From an uncultured archaeon (lineage in GTDB: Archaea; Iainarchaeota; Iainarchaeia; Iainarchaeales; CSSED10-239), in contig CAZPGO010000017.1 in NCBI GenBank assembly GCA_964586355.1, forward strand, positions 1 to 15,315: a stretch of 15,315 nt of DNA. Reading direction: 5' to 3'. This document shows positions 6,590 through 13,348 of the stretch, piece after piece. The notes under the pieces were generated by a model. It was not told the DNA's origin and searched no databases. It was given only the letters and a program-made list of their open reading frames with translations. Positions within the stretch are counted from its first letter, which is position 1. Every line of letters starts with the position of its first letter. Both the position numbers and the translations under genes were made by a program.

Positions 6590-7307
6590 GTATAACGTAG
6601 AAAAAAACGTAAAAAGCGAACCATGGACAGATTTCAAAACACACATATTCACAAGTGAACTTAAAAGACTAATAGAAGGCAATAAAAAGAAAATATTAAT
6701 AAGCTGGGAAGAAGAAGTCAGGTGGCAAGAAAATGATAGTATTTTTGACATAAATGTAAATCCTTATGGAAGTTTAAGAATAACAACAAGAAAAGAAGTT
6801 CAAGACTTTGAAGGAAATAAAATAAGAGTGTGTAAATATGTTTATCCAATAAATGACTTTAAAATAAACAAAGAAACAAGAATAGCAAATTTTTTATACG
6901 AAAAAGTTAAAAAAATATCTAAAAAAAATATAGATTACCCTGTGGATAGGTATAAGATAGAAAATTTAGCATATAAAGTTTACGAACATCTTGAGAAAAA
7001 TTATCCAAGCTACATAATGTTTCCAACAAAAATGATAAAAATGAATGAGAACTATTATAAAATAGTTTTTGAATTTAGAGGAGCTGGTACTGGGACACCA
7101 GGTCAAAGTGTGGGCATGCAATTCAACATAGACCTGAGTTTTGATAAAAAAATTGGATACATAAAATGTTGGGGGTACATGGTCGAAAGTCCATCAAAGA
7201 CAAGAAAATTTAATATTATGCCAAGTGACTTCAATGAATACTTTTCTTGCAAACAATCTCATGAAAGAATAATCGATATGATAAGTAAAACATTCAACAA
7301 ATTCTAG
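6555..7307 (+). CDS. hypothetical protein (250 aa)
   Basis: Long ORF with an ATG start. No motif recognised. Contains a Gly-rich loop, FRGAGTGTPGQSVG. Confidence 0.75.
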   Translation: MEIKFNEWFEEKYNVEKNVKSEPWTDFKTHIFTSELKRLIEGNKKKILISWEEEVRWQENDSIFDINVNPYGSLRITTRKEVQDFEGNKIRVCKYVYPINDFKINKETRIANFLYEKVKKISKKNIDYPVDRYKIENLAYKVYEHLEKNYPSYIMFPTKMIKMNENYYKIVFEFRGAGTGTPGQSVGMQFNIDLSFDKKIGYIKCWGYMVESPSKTRKFNIMPSDFNEYFSCKQSHERIIDMISKTFNKF

Positions 7308-7352
7308 TGAACCACCCAAACCTAAAGGGGCCGGTTTCTGGGGGTGTATAAA

Positions 7353-7739
7353 ATGAAAATAGACAAATTCAACTTATTTTTTTCAATAATAATATTATTG
7401 TTAATTTTAACATTAAGTAACAACAAACAAGAAAAAAATTTTTACATAGACTATGATATAGCAAAAAAAGAAAGCATAAAACAAGACAAGCTACTATTTA
7501 TATGTTTTAATAGTAGTTTGAGTAATCAAAAAATATCAGACTTTAAAAAAATAAAAGAAGAATACATAGTTTGCGTGCTCGACCTTGAAAAAGATAAAAA
7601 AATATTTGAAAAATACAATATCAAAGAAGTTCCAACCTATGCGGTAATAGATCCTGTTAAGAAACATATTTGCATAGAAGAAGGACACAAAGAAAAAAGC
7701 AAGCTGTTTGAGTGGTTAAATCAACTCAGGAAAAATTGA
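7353..7739 (+). CDS. membrane-anchored or secreted thioredoxin-fold protein lacking the CxxC active site
   Basis: N-terminal hydrophobic stretch FNLFFSIIILLLILTL. The remainder follows a thioredoxin-like pattern: AKKESIKQDKLLFICFNSSLSNQK...VCVLDLEKDKKIFEKYNIKEVPTYAVIDP. The WCxxC position reads CFNS/SSLS. Start is set at ATG 7353, preceded by GGGGGTG. The track's start is GTG 7344. Confidence 0.5.
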   Translation: MKIDKFNLFFSIIILLLILTLSNNKQEKNFYIDYDIAKKESIKQDKLLFICFNSSLSNQKISDFKKIKEEYIVCVLDLEKDKKIFEKYNIKEVPTYAVIDPVKKHICIEEGHKEKSKLFEWLNQLRKN

Positions 7740-8426
7740 GTAAAATATTTTTCTACCTTTTTCATCAAACCTATAAGCACTTAAATCTTTATAGGTTTTA
7801 ACAAAATTATTATTCATAGCTAAAAAATAAATGCTTAAACTTCCAATTCTATTCCAAAGTAAAAGTTTTTCAACATTAATTTTAATATTATTTTTGCTAA
7901 TAATCATTTTATTTTCCAAGAAAACTCTATCTTTTTTAAGAAAACTTCTCAATAAGTCCAAGTTTATAGAAGGTAAAATTTTATCAGAATATCTTTTTTT
8001 ATTTAAATTATACTTAAAATATTTCCATCTTTTATATCCCTTATCAAAATTTAATATGTTAGGAGTTACCTGTATTAAATTTCCTGTTTTTTCTATATAA
8101 TTTTTTAAGCTCTTGAGTTGACAAAAAACATAGTCTTTATATTCTTGCTCTTCTAACAAACCTAAAGTATCTCTTTGAAGTTTATAACAATATCTAAACA
8201 AAACACTTTCTCTAGGATCTTTTTTGCTTTTTCTGTTTATCAAATTTGCGAAAAGCTTATCAAAGTAAAAATTCCAGTAATAATAAATTATAATGGCCCG
8301 TATTTCTTGGTAATCATTTATTTTATATTTTTTAATATAATCGTCAACATAAGATTCATGATCATCCACTCTGTCAAGTTTTTTAAAAAATTCTTTATTA
8401 AAAATTTCAAAGTTTGAATCTGACAT
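7716..8426 (-). CDS. hypothetical protein (236 aa)
   Basis: Long ORF with an ATG start. Its 3' end overlaps the convergent gene by 24 nt. No motif recognised. Confidence 0.7.
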   Translation of the reverse strand: MSDSNFEIFNKEFFKKLDRVDDHESYVDDYIKKYKINDYQEIRAIIIYYYWNFYFDKLFANLINRKSKKDPRESVLFRYCYKLQRDTLGLLEEQEYKDYVFCQLKSLKNYIEKTGNLIQVTPNILNFDKGYKRWKYFKYNLNKKRYSDKILPSINLDLLRSFLKKDRVFLENKMIISKNNIKINVEKLLLWNRIGSLSIYFLAMNNNFVKTYKDLSAYRFDEKGRKIFYSIFPELI

Positions 8427-8443
8427 ACTATTTTAGTATACGT

Positions 8444-8528
8444 AAAAAAGCAAGAAAAAACAAATAAAAATAACGCTAAAAGTTAATTTTTTATAGAGAT
8501 TTGATTGAATAAAAAAAACACATAGAAT
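8444..8528. promoter_or_regulatory. divergent intergenic control region: phased A-tracts plus a sigma70-like -35/-10 pair facing the primase-polymerase gene
   Basis: A-tracts begin at 8444, 8455, 8466 and 8478, at 11-12 bp spacing. TTGATT (8501-8506), a 16-nt spacer, then TAGAAT (8523-8528), 8 nt before ATG 8537, which would give a near-leaderless mRNA. Such hexamers are common in AT-rich DNA. Confidence 0.3.
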
Positions 8529-8536
8529 TTTTAAAA

Positions 8537-9811
8537 ATGGAAGTTCAAAATACTCAAAATATTAAATTTATTAAAAGCTTGATAAGCAAAACAAACTATG
8601 GATTAAAAACAACAGAAGGAATACGACCAAGTTTAACTAAAAAAAGCATTAAAAATAATTTTAAAAAAACAATATCTAAAAAACTAATTTTAGACCATTG
8701 GTTTAATAAACAAACATTATATTATTATGGAAATGAAAATGAAAATGAAAATTTTTCTCTAATAATGATAGACATAGACGTCAATAAAAAAGAAAAAAAA
8801 GGAAGTTTTCTAGGAGCTAAAGAATTTGCTAATTTACTAAAAGCAAAATTAGGAAATTTTTACACAGAACCCAGCACAAACGGAGAAGGAATACATGGAT
8901 ATCTAATATTAGACAAATGCAAAAAAAAATCCAACCATGTAAATGCAATTCTCAAGGAATTTGAATCTTGGTTAGAAGTTGAAAAAGAAAAAAATAATGC
9001 CAACATAGAAATGGTAGAAATAAAAGGAACATTACACGAAATAGAATACAAAAATAAAAAAATATCAAATATTAAATTTGGAACATTAGCAAAAATACCA
9101 AGAAATATAAAAGAATTTATAAAGTATAAAAACAAAAATATAAAAATACATGAAATAGAAAAAAATTTTTCTATTAAAGAAAAAAGTAAAAAAAAGACAA
9201 GTAGCGGAAGCATTAGTAAAAAACATATTAACAAAGAAGAATTATCTAAGCTAAAAGAATATGAAAAAATAAGTAAAAAATTATTTGGAAATGAAGAAAT
9301 AAAAGCAGGAAAGTTTAGTGTATTACATAAAGATATAGCAATTTTCTTAATGTTATTAAACTTTTTTAATAAAAATAAAAATGAAGACAACAGTATGCCA
9401 ACAAAAAGAGCTATGATGTTATGGAAAAAATTGTATGAATGTGAAGATGAAGTAGACAGAGCATGGAACCATCATAGATGGAAAAAAATAAGAGATTTAT
9501 TTAGTGAAAAAGGATTAATATATTGGATAGATAATAAATATTATTTTGGTGATAAATCTATAGGAGAAAAAGGAATAGCATGTAAATGGGAAGTAAAAAA
9601 AGAAGTGTACATGTACCTTAAAAAACCAGAAAGAAAGAAGAGAGCATCCTTGGTGGATACTAATCCCTCTAAATACCTTAAAATATCAGATATTAAGTGT
9701 TTGTTTGAGTATAAAATTCCTATTTTGTGTTTTTCTAATCATAAAAATGATTATTTATATGATTTAAACAAAGTAAATGACTATATAAATAAAAATTTTT
9801 GTTATTTTTGA
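8537..9811 (+). CDS. archaeo-eukaryotic primase (AEP) superfamily primase-polymerase / replication initiator-like protein
   Basis: Motif I LIMIDIDV (DxD). Motif II EPSTNGEGIHGYLILD (sGxGxH). A possible third acidic motif lies in NIEMVEIKG. No Walker A helicase domain is present. Confidence 0.6.
   Translation: MEVQNTQNIKFIKSLISKTNYGLKTTEGIRPSLTKKSIKNNFKKTISKKLILDHWFNKQTLYYYGNENENENFSLIMIDIDVNKKEKKGSFLGAKEFANLLKAKLGNFYTEPSTNGEGIHGYLILDKCKKKSNHVNAILKEFESWLEVEKEKNNANIEMVEIKGTLHEIEYKNKKISNIKFGTLAKIPRNIKEFIKYKNKNIKIHEIEKNFSIKEKSKKKTSSGSISKKHINKEELSKLKEYEKISKKLFGNEEIKAGKFSVLHKDIAIFLMLLNFFNKNKNEDNSMPTKRAMMLWKKLYECEDEVDRAWNHHRWKKIRDLFSEKGLIYWIDNKYYFGDKSIGEKGIACKWEVKKEVYMYLKKPERKKRASLVDTNPSKYLKISDIKCLFEYKIPILCFSNHKNDYLYDLNKVNDYINKNFCYF
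8731..8752 (+). repeat. hexanucleotide microsatellite (AAATGA)x3 plus AAAT, encoding NENENEN
   Basis: Read directly. It lies in frame, about 8 codons upstream of the DxD motif of the primase-polymerase. Confidence 0.8.
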
Positions 9812-9848
9812 GCTTTTTTTGGGCCTGTTTTTGTGATAGTATGTAAAA

Positions 9849-11165
9849 GTGGATGAAAATTTATTAAATCTTTGTTCTGTTTTGATAGATTGTAACGACC
9901 AACAGATAGTTTATTTAAAAACAGACCCTGAAATTCTGGACATAAGTGATAAAAATTTAAGTTTTTATTTAGAAATATATTGGTCTAACAAAAAATTTAA
10001 AATAAATATCAATAAAACTAATTTTAGTCTTGCGTTTTCTATCATCAATAAGTCTTTGTTTAATAAAAAAAATAAAATAATTACATATAACTTTAAAAAT
10101 TACTGTTCTGCCTACAAGTCACTTACAAACAAAGATATAGAAATAGAAGCAACCATTTATGATTTAAAAATAATAAGTTCAATTTTGGGCGAAAAAATGA
10201 CGAACCCGCCAGTCTCATTTAAAGAGTCTTTTTTTGCATTAAAAAAACTAACTCACAATAAGTGGGCTAATATAAAAGATTTATATTCTAAAATACATTT
10301 ACCATTAATGTTAAAAGTTATTCCAGGTATAGAAAACCAAGGAATTGCTGACATCAAAGAAAGAAAAATTAAAAAAAGTTATTATGAGATAGAAGCACAA
10401 GAAAATTCTAGGCTCTCTAATTACAACTGTTTAAGTAGTTGCTTTTTGCCAATGAATTTTAAAAAAGAAGAAAAGGAAAATTTAATCCCCCTGAGTCAGG
10501 AGGACATTTTTGTTTACTTTGATTATAAAAATATGGAAGTAAGTATTTTGGAGAATTTAACCAAAGATTATTCTTTAACTAAAATACTAAAAAATTATGG
10601 AGATTTTTATGAAGGTGTGTATAAAGAAATAATCAATCCCGATGGGTTTAGTAAAGAAAATAGAAAAAAAATGAAGAATATTTTTTTGCCATACATATAT
10701 GGCGCAAGCGAAAAACTCATAAGTGAAAAAAATAACATTAAAATTGATATTGTAAAAGAAATAGCAAGGAGGATTAAAAAAAACTTTAAAAAAACTTTTG
10801 AGTGGCTTGAAAATTATTCGTGTAGTTATGACATGTATTACCAAAATAATTTTGGTAAAATTAGAAAAATAGATAAAAAATATAAGTCAATAAATTTTAT
10901 AGTCCAATCTACCTCGAGTGTTTTTTGTTTAGACAAACTTATCGACATCTATAATGTTTTAGATGGCAAGCACATTAGTTTTTATGTTCATGATGGTTAT
11001 GGGTTTGTAATAAATAAAAAAGATTTAAAAGAAAAAGTGGAAATAATAAAAAAAATTCTTATTGAAGAAAATAAAAATTTTAAAGACATTCATTTAAATG
11101 TTAGTTGCACATATGGAAGAAACTTAAATAATATGATAGAATATAATTTAGACGAGGATTTATAA
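9849..11165 (+). CDS. compact family A DNA polymerase (438 aa)
   Basis: LYSKIHLPLMLKVIPGIENQGI matches the Pol I pattern LYxxIExPLxxVLxxMExxGI. Motif A is FDYKNMEVSIL (DYSQIELR). Motif B is RKKMKNIFLPYIYGAS (RxxAKxxNFGxxYG). FGKIRKI...NFIVQSTSSVF matches FGRRR...NxPIQGTAAD. Motif C is YVHDGYGF (HDE in canonical enzymes). GTG start; there is no in-frame ATG before residue 117. Confidence 0.8.
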   Translation: MDENLLNLCSVLIDCNDQQIVYLKTDPEILDISDKNLSFYLEIYWSNKKFKININKTNFSLAFSIINKSLFNKKNKIITYNFKNYCSAYKSLTNKDIEIEATIYDLKIISSILGEKMTNPPVSFKESFFALKKLTHNKWANIKDLYSKIHLPLMLKVIPGIENQGIADIKERKIKKSYYEIEAQENSRLSNYNCLSSCFLPMNFKKEEKENLIPLSQEDIFVYFDYKNMEVSILENLTKDYSLTKILKNYGDFYEGVYKEIINPDGFSKENRKKMKNIFLPYIYGASEKLISEKNNIKIDIVKEIARRIKKNFKKTFEWLENYSCSYDMYYQNNFGKIRKIDKKYKSINFIVQSTSSVFCLDKLIDIYNVLDGKHISFYVHDGYGFVINKKDLKEKVEIIKKILIEENKNFKDIHLNVSCTYGRNLNNMIEYNLDEDL

Positions 11166-11722
11166 TGAAAAAAATATGTAATAGATTTCCAATAACTAAT
11201 GAAGAATATCTTGAATTGCAAACAAAATTTGGGAAATTATCATACTATGCTGCCCACCAATTAAAGAAAAAAAACTTTAATAACAATACAACAGACGACA
11301 TAGATGATATTAATCAAGAGCTTCAATTAAGTATAATAAGAGCGGGTAGCTATTATAAAAGACAAATTTACATTGAAAACTGTCTTAATCTTCTAGATCA
11401 AAACGTAAAAGATCCTATGTATAGATTTTTTGTTTTAAATTTAAAAAATTTATGGAAAAACAGAACAAGACATGGTGCAAGCCATCAAAAATTTGGAGAT
11501 TATCAAGAGTATTTATTAGATAAGTTAGTTCATCATTTTTTACCTAAAGATAAAATTCCAAATAAATCAAAATGTTTGAAAATAGATAAAAAATTTATTA
11601 CTTACTGCAAAGCAATACTTTGGAATGGACAAAAGTTGATAGGAAAAAAAATAACTAAAGAAAAAAACATAAGAACTGGACTTTGTAGTTTAAGTGAGTA
11701 TGATTACCTGGGATCATACTAA
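11165..11722 (+). CDS. hypothetical protein with a sigma-70-family region-2-like segment (possible phage transcription factor)
   Basis: TAATG overlap with the polymerase gene, and GAGGA lies 7 nt upstream. FGKLSYYAAHQLKKKN...DDIDDINQELQLSIIRAGSYY resembles sigma regions 2.1-2.2. YRFFVLNLKNLWKNRTRH resembles the ECF region 2.3-2.4 pattern. No clear region 4 helix-turn-helix. Confidence 0.3.
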   Translation: MKKICNRFPITNEEYLELQTKFGKLSYYAAHQLKKKNFNNNTTDDIDDINQELQLSIIRAGSYYKRQIYIENCLNLLDQNVKDPMYRFFVLNLKNLWKNRTRHGASHQKFGDYQEYLLDKLVHHFLPKDKIPNKSKCLKIDKKFITYCKAILWNGQKLIGKKITKEKNIRTGLCSLSEYDYLGSY

Positions 11723-11763
11723 AATAAAAATTTGGATTATTTAGGAGTGTGGTTTTTTAAAAT

Positions 11764-13344
11764 ATGAAAACAGAAGAATTGGCAGAGTTATCGGAAGAGG
11801 AAAAGAAAAGACTTGAGGAACTAAATTCTTCTGAGGAAAGAAATACAAAATTTGGTTGGGATGAAAACTTTCAATCTATGATAGTAGGTTTACTCCTAAC
11901 AGATAAATTTTTTTTGGTTCAAAGTTTAGATAAAATACAGCCTGACTATTTCACCAAAGAAGCTCATATACTAATAATAAGAATATTATTTAATTATTTT
12001 GAAAAATATAAAGATCTTCCTCCAAGTTGGTTTGTTAAGCAAGAAATAAAAGAAAGTCTTAAAGAAAAAAAAGAAGAGATAAAGTTATATTATGAAGCTG
12101 AATATGATAACATAGTAGATTTCATGGTGCCTGGTATAGAGAGCCGCCAGGCACTAACCGATAAGATAACTTTTTTTGCTAAAGTCCAAAGCTTAAAAAT
12201 AACATTTCATAAGTGTCTGGAAAAAATGGCAAGAGACCCAGAGAGCGACAAAACTTGGTCATATATTTACGACCAAATTCGCCAAACAATGACAGTTGAT
12301 AAAAATTATGATACTGGATTAGAGTATTTTGAAAATATAGAAGAAATGTTTGAAAGAATGAAAAGAAATATAGAAACTAATGAAATTTTTACTAGTGGTT
12401 TCCCTTCTATAGACGGTAGTTTGACCGGAGGAGGTCTATTCAGAGGAAATATTGGGGCTTGGATAGGGCTTCCTGGTAGCGGTAAAAGTTTGGTTATGTG
12501 CAAAGCCGCAGTTGAAAATGTAAGGTTGGGTAAAAAAGTTTTATATATAACCATGGAAATGGACGAACTTGGAATTGCTCAAAGATTCACCAGTCAATAT
12601 TTTGAAAAAGATATTAAAAATTTAATGGGCTCTAGAAAACAAATCATAGAAGAAGTCGAAGAATTTAAAAAAGATAAGTTAGATCCAAACATGTTTATAG
12701 TCAAACAATTTCCTGGAGGAACCATGGATGTTAATGGAATTAGAGCCTATTATAGTCAAATGGTAATGAAAGGCTTTAAACCCGATTTACTAATAATTGA
12801 TTATGTTGGAGAAATGAAAGATGATCCCAATGTTCAAAAGTATGAAAGTGCATATAGAATACTAAGAGATTTAAGAGCCTTTGGAATAGAACAAAATCAT
12901 TGTACGATAACTTGTGTGCAACCCAATCAAAGCGCATCTAAACTGGACATATCTCAATATATAGATGAAAGCAACATAGGAACTAGTTTCGATCAATACA
13001 AGCCACTAGATTGCTTTTGGAGTATAAACCAACAAGTCAACGAAAAGGATGCCGAGGTTGGGCGTGCATTTATAATAAAACACAGAAATGGAAAAAGCAG
13101 AACTCCATTTAAAATAGGGTTTAATTATGAGATGGGAACATTGGATGTTTATGAAATTACCGATGAAGCATACAGGCAAAAATTAAATTTGGTTGACTCT
13201 AAAAGAAAAAACGAGATAATGAACAACAAAGATTCAATAACAAAAGACTCAAATTCTAAAAAGAAACAAAGAAGTAGATCTGGGTTTATTGCAAGTGACG
13301 AGGATGATGATCATTTACCAATCAACGACGTAATTGGAGACTAA
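11764..13344 (+). CDS. dnaB: DnaB-family replicative hexameric DNA helicase
   Basis: DnaB-like N-terminal domain (NFQSMIVGLLLTDKFF...PDYFTKEAHILI). FTSGFPSIDGSLTGGGL. Walker A GLPGSGKS. ITMEM. Walker B LLIIDYVGEM. IIKHRNGKS. Ends in a basic-then-acidic C-terminal tail. Confidence 0.9.
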   Translation: MKTEELAELSEEEKKRLEELNSSEERNTKFGWDENFQSMIVGLLLTDKFFLVQSLDKIQPDYFTKEAHILIIRILFNYFEKYKDLPPSWFVKQEIKESLKEKKEEIKLYYEAEYDNIVDFMVPGIESRQALTDKITFFAKVQSLKITFHKCLEKMARDPESDKTWSYIYDQIRQTMTVDKNYDTGLEYFENIEEMFERMKRNIETNEIFTSGFPSIDGSLTGGGLFRGNIGAWIGLPGSGKSLVMCKAAVENVRLGKKVLYITMEMDELGIAQRFTSQYFEKDIKNLMGSRKQIIEEVEEFKKDKLDPNMFIVKQFPGGTMDVNGIRAYYSQMVMKGFKPDLLIIDYVGEMKDDPNVQKYESAYRILRDLRAFGIEQNHCTITCVQPNQSASKLDISQYIDESNIGTSFDQYKPLDCFWSINQQVNEKDAEVGRAFIIKHRNGKSRTPFKIGFNYEMGTLDVYEITDEAYRQKLNLVDSKRKNEIMNNKDSITKDSNSKKKQRSRSGFIASDEDDDHLPINDVIGD

Positions 13345-13348
13345 AATT

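Noticed and set aside
7312-7346. GC-rich imperfect stem-loop after the 6555-7307 gene (AAACC/GGTTT plus CCC/GGG with a 2-nt bulge), a possible terminator
   Set aside because: The stem is short and interrupted, with a 10-nt loop and no downstream U-tract. The G-run more plausibly serves as the Shine-Dalgarno-like element for ATG 7353.
8521-8528. ATAGAAT(A/T)TT motif seen 7-8 nt upstream of two start codons (8537, and 1440 on the minus strand), a possible conserved phage promoter
   Set aside because: The same heptamer recurs many times inside coding sequence (for example near 4716, 5441, 9051, 6135 and 14464), simply because Ile-Glu-(Tyr/Phe) is encoded ATA GAA T. It is not specific enough to call a promoter consensus.
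8860-9390. 176-aa minus-strand ORF antisense to the primase-polymerase gene
   Set aside because: The F/L/I/S-rich low-complexity translation is typical of the antisense frame of AAA/GAA/AAT-rich coding DNA. It lies entirely inside a motif-supported gene.
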